64,000 nt of DNA, taken from the NCBI RefSeq assembly GCF_000143415.4, contig NW_003314263.1, positions 285,114 through 349,113 on the forward strand. The letters run 5' to 3'. Each line of letters starts with the position of its first letter. The stretch's first letter is position 1. The position numbers were made by a program, and so were the translations under genes. Source of the DNA: Selaginella moellendorffii (lineage: Eukaryota; Plantae; Lycopodiophyta). Below the pieces are notes generated by a model. It was not told the origin of the DNA, made no database searches, and saw nothing but the letters and a program-made list of their open reading frames with translations. Shown one piece after another: positions 51,085 through 64,000 of this stretch.

Positions 51085-52490
51085 ATGGAGAAGTTGGTTG
51101 AAGAGGATGTAAAGGACCTCTGCAACTGTAGTGGTGCTGCGAAATTCCTTTGGGAACTCCATTGACCTGCCCTGGTGTTGAGAAAGTTTATTCATGCTTA
51201 TATGGATCGTGAGCATTATATAGTGGGGTAAACGATGGTAAATGGTGCTTTGGCGAGTAAACACATGGATGGCTTGCAGAAGCTAGTAGGCGATTGCTGC
51301 AATATGGAGGTGAGGGGCTGGATTGACCAAAGCTTGACAAATCTAAAAATTCATTGTGCATCTTTGAGTTGTGTTTGTCAGCAGTTGAAGTTTCTGGTTT
51401 CTGGGAGATTTTGAGTGGGTTTTCTCAAGCATGACACTAAAGTATATAAGATTCAAAACTGGACTTCCAATGCTCCCCTCGCTTTCAAGTCTCACGAGAA
51501 TAATCTTATTCTGTTTGTGGAATTTAAGATATGATGATATACAAACATTGGTGCGAGCTTCCCCTAAGTTTGAAGTACTAGATATAGCGCAGTGTAGCCT
51601 ATATGGGAGTACAACTCTGGCTATCGCTGGCCCTCAGCATCTGAAAGAGCTAGTTTCTTAAGAAAAAGACATTGTTTTGAAAGTTACAGGTTGTAACAGG
51701 CTTGAGAAGTTGAGCTTGTAATGGCTGAACGCACAAACTCATGCTTCTCTCTGATATAGGAGCTCAGACTATGGGAGGTTAACAGCTTGACTAATGATGA
51801 ACTCTCGAGTTTTGTATCCAACTGTCGACTGCTCAAGACTCTTGGCCTTGCTGAGGGTCAGCGATAGTTTGAAATCGCCAGTGGTAGTCATGTCTTCCTC
51901 GCCGGAAGTTTAGCTTACAGCCGGCATATGCGTTCACTGATCTTGAAGACGAATTGCTGGCAATGCCACTTCATGTATTGCAGCTCAATTGCAATGGCTT
52001 GCAAGAGCTGGAAATTCATGGAGATTGTGTTGTGAATGTAGGCTCTAGACTTGTGGAGCTATCCAAACTCTGCTGCAAAGGTGGCAGTACAAGAACGTCA
52101 AGAAACTCTTGTCCTTGGCTTTCATGAGAGATAGCTTGCTACATTTGGATATGACTTCACTTGATGCAAGTTTATAACCGCATAAGGTATAATTGTGAAA
52201 GTCATCCAAATATGTTACAACTTATGCAAAACTTGCACTTGAAGAGTGTTGACATTCATGGGACAGAGCCAATATGGACTTCACCTTCTTTCAAAAACTT
52301 TTGGTATCATCATCCACACTTGGAGTGCTTATGTTTAGTTGGTGAGGTACACGAAACTTTTGTCCAGGTCCCAAGCTTTAATTGCAAAGTTGTGGAAGAA
52401 AAGTATTTATTTTCACCTCATAAGCTCAATGTTGGTGGTTTAATAAGGGGACTCCGAACCACTTCCCCAGCAAAGTCCCTGGCGAACCCT
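51085..52490 (+). pseudogene. F-box/LRR-repeat protein pseudogene (longest copy)
   Basis: MEKLVEEDVKDLCNCSGA and LRR-like segments (LPMLPSLSSLTRIIL, PKFEVLDIAQC, SNCRLLKTLGL, HPHLECLCL). Many stops and frameshifts. Confidence 0.7.
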
Positions 52491-52887
52491 AAATCGTAGA
52501 ATATTCTGCCAAGAATACTGGCTTTGTTTCCGCCACGTCAGCATCCTTATTGTGTGTATGAGAGGCGACATTGGCGGATCTAGAGTTTAAAGTCCCCTCT
52601 CTTTGTCTTCTTCGATCCTTTGGCTCCCACCTCCTAGGGCGCGAGGATCCTTCCTTGTCGCCGGGCGATTCATCCATAGCCGGAGCACTGTTGCTCGATC
52701 CGAAGCTGTCGAAAGCGCGTGGAGCGGTGAATCTAGTGGCAAACACGCGATCGGCTCGATCAATCGATCGCGATCTCCCGATATTTAGTGCGAGGAGCTG
52801 GAAAAGGCACAATTTAGGGTAATGTGGTTCTTGGATTTTGCTCTCTCCAGGTCCAGGGTTTGATCTCACTGTGCAGGAGCTAGCGCC

Positions 52888-55648
<2,761 letters not shown>

Positions 55649-55774
55649 GCTGATCAACAAGGCTGGCAGCGAGCGATTGATCAATCGACAACACCTATAA
55701 TGAGGTTGAAAGAATCAATAAACTCGAGCTTTGCTATGCGTAGTTTTACAGGTAAAAATGGGATATTTGAAAGC

Positions 55775-57162
55775 TTATCTCTCACCCAAATGTTTGCTGT
55801 AGATTGGAAACTCAAAAAAGAACGTCTTCTTCACCCAAGGTGGGAGCTGTGCATACTTTGTGGGCGGGAAAGGTATCAAGGGACTGTAAAAACGAGGGAT
55901 TGCTACTTTGAGATCTGGAGAAAAAACTTTACGCACCTGGTGGTTTCCTTGTACATCCTGTACGATGGATTGGAACCATACTTCTTATCAGCAGATGCCT
56001 GGAGTAAGGTGGAAGATCTTAGAAACGCACTCCAAAGTATTAACGAGTTTTTTCACCTCGAGCAAAGGCAGGCCGCTGAGAAAGAGGAGGATGGCCATGA
56101 GGAAAAGTGGCCCGAAGATGGCTGCCCACTGGCCGCCTCGAAAAACTGGCGAGGCGGCTGCGAAGATCCCCCACCAAAGTAGCATCTATGGAGGAAACAT
56201 ATGGTTTGTAAGCTTTCCCTGTGATAAATGGAAATGGAAGCTCGAACGTACCTCTCCGAAATAGTTGGGGTGACGAGAGACGCTCCAGAAGCCAATGTCA
56301 CACCATTTGTCTCTGTTGTCCATGTCTTCCTTGAACTTGAGCTTCTGGTAGTCGGAGGTCATCTCGATGACAATGCCGCAGATCCAGAGAAACCATCCAA
56401 TCGCATCGCGAGCTTCCAGTGGTGGATCCATGTCGCTGGCATTGGCTATCGTGACCGGCAAGCTCACAGTCCAGACCCATGCCGCCTAGATAGAAAGAAA
56501 AAACCATAGAGAAAACTTGGTGTGGAATCCAAAGACTTACTTGCATTATCCAGAAGATCGCAAATGCGCCTAAGTTGTTGCGCTTGTCATCAAATCTTCG
56601 ATCTTCTCCCCATTTCAAGATTCTGAAAGAGATCCAAGGATTGGTTCCTGAGAGGTTTGGAGCGAAAGAACTTGCGTACCTTATAAGCAGGAAGGCTGCG
56701 AGCCTCGTCCCCCACACAAAGACGAGCAGTGTCAAAACGATCTGCCTTTGTGAGAAGTGAGAATTCTTCTTTTTTTTTTTTCTTTCGAGGCGTGAGAATC
56801 AAACGAACCTGGCGAGTGAACCACGTCCCGTTGATGACGGCCGTCAAAAATGCGAGCAAAACGAAGTTTGTGCTACCTGAGAAGACGAGCAAGGCGGCTA
56901 GAATCGATAGAAAACGCGCATACAAGTACCTGCGAAATCCGTGACTTTGTCGAATTTAAACGTGGCCGCGATCGCGAAGAACAAGCCCTGGTACAAAATC
57001 TACGAGAAAAATCCCCGGATGAATCGCGAGAACATCAAAATATGAATCAATCGCTCGGGAATCCCAGCCAGGGAGGCAAGCGCAGAGCTAGCGAGCAAGA
57101 ATCACACGTACCGTGATGATCGCCGTGAGCGCCAGGAAATTAGGGTCTATCGCATTCGCCAT
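55775..57162 (-). CDS. DUF1295 / steroid 5-alpha-reductase-like membrane protein, multi-exon
   Basis: MANAIDPNFLALTAIIT, FKFDKVTDFAGSTNF, KWGEDRRFD, WCDIGFWSVSRHPNYFGE, LFLSGLPLLE, PLIPFPP...FEFPIYS. Confidence 0.88.
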
Positions 57163-57565
57163 TCCTCCTCCTCTCGAGCGCTAGCAAAGACGGCAGCGCA
57201 AAAGCGTTAGCTCGAGGCATATTCGCGCATCTCCTTTACCCCTTAAACTAATCCCACTTATAATAAACAAATCGAGATAAAGTTAAACGCATGATCCTAT
57301 ACAAACGTCCAATGTGGCTAGACAGGAATTCTACAAGGTGTCAATCACACACAATGTTTAGAAAGTATAGCCACATGCTATTTTTCCACATTGAAACAAC
57401 GCAAGGATAAAAAAAATCTCCACAAAAACGAGGATGATAATAGCTGTGAGGCCAGGGAAAAAAAAACCAAGAGAAAAAAAAGAGGGACGAGAAAAACGGA
57501 AACAAAAGAAAAAAGAAAAACTCGATGGATGAACTTAGTTCTTGTTCTTGTTCTTCTTCGCGGCT

Positions 57566-58116
57566 CTAGTAGCTTGGAATGTCGAGCTTATCTCCCACGA
57601 CTATGATATCGTTATGAATACCATTGGCAGCTTTGATCGATTCCACAGTCACCTAGATAGAGGGATTGCGATGATCGTTGTGAGAATTCCAGCGTAGAGA
57701 AACTATAGCAACCTTACCCCGTATTTTCTCGAGAGTCCATATAGTGTGTCACCCGGGCAGACCTCGTACGCTCCGGATTTGTGCTTCCGCGAGAACTTCG
57801 GGAACTTTTTGCTGATCGTGGACGCAGCTCTGTCCGCGAATCCCTCGGTTTTTTCCTGGCACCAACTTGAGAGATGAGCACGAGAATGGCGATGAGAAGT
57901 TTTGGATACCTGAGCTTCGGACTCGAACGATGAGACTCCCTCGCTATAGCGCTCATATTCCTCGTCGGCCTTCTTCGGCCAGAACGTCTTAAAAACAGTC
58001 CAGGCAATCCCAGTCGCGATTACCGCGCCCGCTGCCTTGGCTATGGTGTAGTCAGTCTTGTCCTCATTTGGGTCTTTGTCCGTGCCATTGCTCTTGTTAT
58101 TTCCTGGTGCCGACAT
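57566..58116 (-). CDS. Small single-TM protein with a C-terminal LysM domain (3 exons)
   Basis: AKAAGAVIATGIAWTVFKTF hydrophobic segment; YEVCPGDTLYGLSRKYG|VTVESIKAANGIHNDIIVVGDKLDIP is a LysM domain. Confidence 0.85.
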
Positions 58117-58936
58117 ACTGCATGGACAGCAAAAGCTTTAAAATCTCTCAAACAAAGTGAATCAACCAAGCCAAGGAAGAAGCCAAGAGTGAAAAATTCA
58201 GCCTAGAGAGCAATGCCATGCCGATCACACACCATGCAGCACTGCATTGCTCACAATCAGCGTAGAACCTGCGGCAATACCCTTTTACGAGCAAGCACGC
58301 GAATCAAAGAACGCGAAAATCGATCTTTTGATCAAGAACGCGAGGAGCAAACCTGTGCCGATGCCGAAATCAATGGCGCCCACCGGATCCGCCCCGCGCG
58401 CCCTAAGAAGAAGACGATGGAACCCTAGAGCTATGGCCTGCCTGTATTTTTCCTCTCTTTGAGTGGTCACAGGGAAACATGCAAAGAACACACTCTCGAA
58501 TCAACACTAGCCCTCGCCGTCCGACGTGGCGCCATCCGCTCCGCCCAGCGAAGGGATCCAGCCGTACAATGCCCCCACGCTGGCGGCCGGATCTCCCGTG
58601 CGCTGGAGCGCTGCCGGCGGTCGATGGGGCACGGGCCTATATTGGACGGCCCCGATGCGCGCGCGGGGAGATGAAGCGCGAGCCAATGGTCGTGAGTGGA
58701 ATCGGGCCTACACTATCCTTCACAAACAGGCTTTTCACATTGGATCACATGATTTGGCTGATCTCGACCGTTGATTTTTAAACTCTCCATTCCTCGAGTG
58801 AAAAATTAAGGGGGTCACTACATGTAATGTTCAAATTCAATATCAAATAAGAGATTAAGAATTAAATTAGTCTTGATTTAGTGCCTTTTTTTTTGTGTGT
58901 GTGTGTATGTGATTTAGTTCATCACGGCTGCCAACC

Positions 58937-60388
58937 TTAGATCTTAGCAACCATGTCCCAGCATTTGTACGCGCACCCATTTTCCTGGACGATCTCTTCC
59001 AGAGATTTACCGAGCCGAGCAGCATTGGCCCGGAGTTTTTCGTTGCTGAACAGCTCACGCACGGTGGCTTCCACGGCCTCTTTGCGCAACTTCTTCTCAT
59101 CGTCCTCTGGGATCTCCAGCGCCACCTTCCAACGATCCACCGCCAGCCTCCGGTTGCCAACTTGGTCACCCACGATCGGCTTCCCGATCATGGGAACGCC
59201 AGCCGCGAGGCTTTCCAGCACCGAGTTCCATCCAAAGTGAGTGAAAAATCCACCCACGGAGCCATGGAGTAAAACTTCTCGCTGAGGAGCCCAAGGTACG
59301 ATCAATCCTCTCTGCTTGCTCCGTGGATCTGACTGTGGTTCTTTGTAACGATCCAGAAAGGAAAGCAGCGTTGGAGAAGGATCTCCAACCACAACATCCG
59401 TCCGGAATGCCAGTAGAAAGCTCTGGCCGCTAGCCTCGATGCCGAAGAGAATCTCCTCGAGCTCGGACGATGGAAGCTGTAAGTACGTACCGAAAGACGA
59501 GAAGAGCACCGACCTTGGGGATCTGATCGTGTCCAGCCACTTCAAGCAGTCGGAGGTAGCAATAGAATCGAGCGGGCTGGCGAGCAGTGGTCCGGCGAGA
59601 TGGATCGGCAGCTTGTGGATTCGAAGGGTGGCGTCGTAGGCCTCGCCTTCGAGCTCGTAGCAGGAGTTGACGAGGATGAGCTTGGCCTCTCTCGCACGGG
59701 TCATGTATCGCAAGAGCGCGTCCCAGTAGCACTTGAGAGCGTCCGGGATCTGCGAGATCCGCGGGATTTCAGAGGCCCTGAACGCTGGAAATCCAGGCAC
59801 TTCTATCAACTTGTTCTCGAGATCATCGTCTTGGGTCTCTGGGAAGGATGGAACTTAGTCAGCAAAGAAAAACTAGAGAGACTTACCGGTGAAAGGATTG
59901 TAAATCCCCTGGGAGATGAGCCGCGGCATCTGGAGGATGATCCCGAACTCCTGGAACCCGATGATGGAGAGAAGAATCCTGGGAACTCCCAGCTTGTTGG
60001 CGAGATCCTGGCTCCACCATAGTCCGAAATCGGACAGGAGAAACGAGACCGGAGGAACACTGGTGCTCTGCAGAGCTCGGATGGCCACCTCCTCCGCAAA
60101 CTTCCCCGTGCCATCGATTGCTCGGGACAAGCACTCGATCTGCTCGGCACTGCCTCGAAATGCTGGAGGCCAGGTGACCGGAATGGACTCCACAGTGAAG
60201 ACTACCTCCTTGCTGAGATCTCCGCGGGCCACGAGCTCCTTGTGGAGTTTCTCCACCGTTTCTACGCAATCTTCGTTGATGAGGAGCGTGATCTGACCGA
60301 TACCTCTCGACGCGAGCTTGCAGCAGAGATTCAGCATGGGAATGACATGGCCCGAGAGTGGAAATGGAAGAACCAGGATATGCTTCAT
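58937..60388 (-). CDS. Family-1 UDP-glycosyltransferase (2 exons)
   Basis: HILVLPFPLSGHVIPM (catalytic His). PSPG box WAPQREVLLHGSVGGFFTHFGWNSVLESLAAGVPMIGKPIVGDQ. Intron of about 48 nt near 59839-59886. Confidence 0.93.
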
Positions 60389-60627
60389 AGGGCCAGGAAA
60401 TGCAGAGCCAAAAGAACACGGCACAAAATTGATGCCCTTCAGCCCCTTTTTTGAGCCATTTTACTTGCAAAAATGGGTGTGTTTTCAAAATGCCTTTTGT
60501 AGAAACTACCAAAATTTATTTCACGTGAAAAATGTGTTTCCATATAGCCTTTTTCCCATTCTTTCAGAATATTTTCTCTTTCTTAATGGACAAATGAATA
60601 TTCCGAATTAAATGAGCGAGGTGCTGA

Positions 60628-62710
60628 CAGTGTTTCTCTCTCAATTGATTGGAGTTTAAATTGCCCGCCATAGTTGTCTTGTTTAGAATCTTCATCCAGT
60701 TTTAAATATGTATACTGTACATTGAATCTTTTCTATTTCAATGCATTTAATTTATAGATTTTAGGAAAAAACATGGCCCATTGTTAAACTGGCTTAGAAA
60801 AACCCAAACAACCTTAGAAGAGGAAGTAGTTAAAACACTAGTATAGAAAACACAAGGGAAGAAAATTATACATCAAAAAAGAAATAGCTAAATTGAGCCT
60901 TTTGTTATCCTTGGGCTTTTATTAAGACTGATGACAAGGGTAAATTAGATTGTTAATTCTTTTACATAGGGGACTTGAGAATTTTTTGTGTTTGGTGTAT
61001 CCAAGCTAGGAAAACAAATGTATTTACTAAAGTAGAATCTATTACTATTCAATTGGGAGGTTTGGAAGATCATGATAATTTTAGTGATCATGCACTGGTA
61101 AAGAGGAATAAAAATTACAAACAATGACTTAAAGAGGACAAACAAGAGAGAATAGAAGCATCAATAAGTAATTTGGTTTTACATGAGGAAAGGAAGATTA
61201 TATAAGTTATAAAGTTGAGTTATACTTGTGTTGCTCTAAACATACCACTACACAAATTTGAGAAACTTTGTGAGAGATATAAGAAAGTTGGTACTTCAGA
61301 TTTCCGAAGAGGTGGTGAATATAATTCTTACATGAATCCAATCTCAAAGAGAGAAATAGTTTTAGCAATTGAGGATGCTATTAAAGAGGAATTTTTTTTA
61401 GAGCTGCAAGGAAGTTCTTTTTTTAGTTTGATATTGGACAAGAGTACAATTGATTTGAATGACACTTAATTCCTTATGAGAGCTATATCAGAGACAAAGG
61501 AAAAGGTGTTCAAACTACAAGGTTTATTCAATTATTACTTCTTTAAAATGGTACAGTTAAATTAATTTACAATAACCTAATTTAAGTAGTACACATTTAA
61601 ATCTAGACTTGGAATAAACTTGTAGCTTTGACAACAAATGAATATAGCATTATGTTGGGGTTTATTACAAAAGTTGTCTAGCATTTTAGAAATAATATTC
61701 CAGGACTAGTTAGTATGCATTATATAACATATAGAGAATCATTGACAATAAAAGATAAATTCAAAATAGATGAATAGTTTTTCAAGTTTATAGATTTTAT
61801 CCCAAACAAAGCATATTCTTGACTAAAAAGGAGTGCAAATTGCCATTAACACTTCAAGGAACTATTTGAAAAGTTAAACATAATTATAGAGATGAAGAAG
61901 GTTTCATGGAGTATATTTCTAAGTAAAATAAAAGTTTTATTCAAGTTTAATTTTAACTTTTGTTTTTTAGATCTTATGAGGTTATAACAACTTTGTATGA
62001 CAATTCCAACAAATACTATTCTAGATTTTTTAGATGAAATGACATAAAAAATGAGGTTAAAAGTGGACTTACTTTAGAAATGTTAAAAATATTGATGATA
62101 ATATTAATGAATGCTTCTAATTAAAATACTGTGAATTGGTGTCAAACAATTTAAATTTAGAATGTAAAGAAAGAAAGAAATCTATGTAATTTACCTTTTA
62201 AATATAGTTTTTGACCCTTTTTATCAATGGAAAATTTTTTTAAACATTTTTAGATGAAAATTAGATAAAAGAATTACCTTTTATTTGAAAGTCAAACTCT
62301 ATATTTTAAATTTATCCTTTACAAAAGAAGCATCAAGACCTTTTAGTCAATGATATAAAGTAACTTTTAAATAATGGGATTTAAGATGAAACTTTAAAAT
62401 AATGTAATAGACAAAATTTTTAATATATTAGTGGTGTTTTTATTTTAGAATTTAAATTTAAATAAAACATTTTAGAGGGTTAAACAATTTAAATTTTAAA
62501 GAATAGAAATATAATTAATTTTGCTTAAATGTCTATTTTTTGCTTTAAAGGCAATTTAAATTTATCTTTCAATTCAACCATTTTTACTTTTTCTTTTTTA
62601 TAATTGAATGCTTTATAGTTGGATGATTTAAAATTCGAAATATTAGAATTGACTGGTTTGGAATTTAAAAATTTAAATTTAACAAACATACTGGCATGGA
62701 AGAAACACTT
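60628..62710 (+). mobile_element. Decayed hAT transposon (DUF4371-type transposase remnant)
   Basis: NIPLHKFEKLCE...NSYMNP...EIVLAIEDAIKEEFFLELQGSSFFSLILDKSTID. Very AT-rich with many stops. Possible TIR CAGTGTTTCT / AGAAACACTT, but no TSD seen. Confidence 0.65.
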
Positions 62711-62916
62711 AAAAATAAATAAAGATCAAGAAATATTATAGAAAAAGGCACTATTGAAGCAATGATATTGATTTATGGTTATTTCATAACATCTTGATTT
62801 CTCTCTAGTTCACACTACAAAAACAAAAATTATTTTGAAGTGCTGTAAGAGAGGCATTCCAAAATGTTCCTTCCTCAAAGGCCAAAACAACTTTAATGGA
62901 ATATGGGCCTAAGTTT

Positions 62917-64000
62917 CTAACGCCTTTTGCTACCTTTGCCTTTGGCTCTTCCAACAGAGCCACCTTTGCCTTTGCCTCTATTGTTAGCAAAACCACCTTT
63001 CTTTGTGGACTTGTTCTTGCTCTCTTGCCTTTTCTTTCGCACCTCTTCAACGCCTTTGAGCTCCCTGCGAGCGCCTGCGTTTGGAATTTGCTTCATCCTC
63101 TTGTTCCTTCCGCTGCCATTGTTTCTGTCGAACCCGCCCTTCCTCTTGCGGCCGTCCGTTTTTTCGTCGTCTGCACAGGCACGGATAAAAAGTTTAAGAC
63201 TCGAAACGAGCTGCGATTTTGGACGAACCATCATTCTCGTTTGAAAACTTAGAAACTTTCATGTGGCTTCGCTCTGACCACTTCTTGTAAAGGTTGCGGT
63301 TTCCGGCATTAACCTTGGCACCGCTCTCCGTTTTGATCTGTAAAAATTGTTCCAAGTCAGATAAATTGCGCTTTTAGTAGCCTCCCAAACCTTTCCAGAT
63401 GCAGTTATCTTCTCTCCACGATTGAGCTTGATGTACTTTTTGCTTCGCTGCAGAGCACCGGGAAAAACGTTAAACAAGTCTCAAAAAAGTGAAGCTTACT
63501 TTGTCCCAGTGATAAGTAGCCTTTTGCTTTTGTACTCCGGAGTCGTCTTCAGGAACAAGATCAAGTACTTCGGTGTCCAGTCTGCAGTAAAACATTTATG
63601 TTCCATTAAAAGCCGTATGCAGTCGTGCCATCACCTGTTCTTTCCAAACCCGTCAGAGGCATCAACAGCTAGACCCAATTCCGAGTGCTGTCACAAAACA
63701 AACGAAATTTAACACTTGCAGAAATGTACTGTGAAATAATTCACCGACCCTGTTTGAGGGTATGGAGTTGATGTAGAACTCTTCATCGCGAAAATTGTTG
63801 GAGATAATTTTAAGGCCATCCCCACCTGCAAAATATTAAGCTTGTTAGTTACGTGGTGTATTGGAGCATCCAACAAACCATTTCTACTCTTCTTCTTTGG
63901 TGGCATCGAGCACTCATCGGTCTATAAATTGACGTGTTAAGAACAGATATTTTGAGAGAGTATGCTGACCTCGTTAGTTGATAACTGTTGGACACTTTCC
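62917..64000 (-). CDS. DEAD-box RNA helicase DDX54/DBP10 (RH29), 3' exons
   Basis: Spliced reading NNFRDEEFYINSIPSNR|HSELGL..GFGKNR|LDTEVLDLVPEDD..TYHWDK|RSKKYIKLNRGEKITASGK (DBP10CT), followed by IPNAGARRELKGVEEVRKKRQ and a K/G-rich tail. Confidence 0.88.

Noticed and set aside
58213-58781. Short GC-rich ORFs
   Set aside because: Better explained as the LysM gene promoter, 5' UTR and leader intron.
63709-63906. ORF MPPKKKSR... as a separate gene
   Set aside because: It is an alternative frame over DDX54/DBP10 exons.

Overview
Compact land-plant genomic DNA. Introns of about 45-60 nt and very short intergenic gaps suggest a lycophyte such as Selaginella (inference). Left arm (1-17.7 kb): ATL RING-H2 gene (partial), TBL/PC-esterase, CONSTANS-like, FKGP, PWP1, a divergent AUX1/LAX, a small Sel1-like gene, a GlnRS fragment and a 3'-truncated TOPLESS copy, interleaved with decayed F-box/LRR remnants. 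Centre (about 20.8-50.6 kb): mostly one non-coding LTR-retrotransposon family (LARD-like, probably chromovirus-derived). It has 1.7-1.9 kb LTRs carrying variable 6/11/12-bp tandem arrays, a tRNA-iMet PBS and a 4.1 kb ORF-less, hairpin-rich interior with tandem tRNA T-arm/B-box motifs. Copies are stacked up to four deep inside each other, and each insertion has a readable 5-bp TSD. Right arm: F-box/LRR pseudogene, LACS, DUF1295, LysM protein, UGT, a decayed hAT and the 3' end of the DDX54/DBP10 helicase. Assignments are from motif recognition by eye; boundaries of decayed features are approximate.
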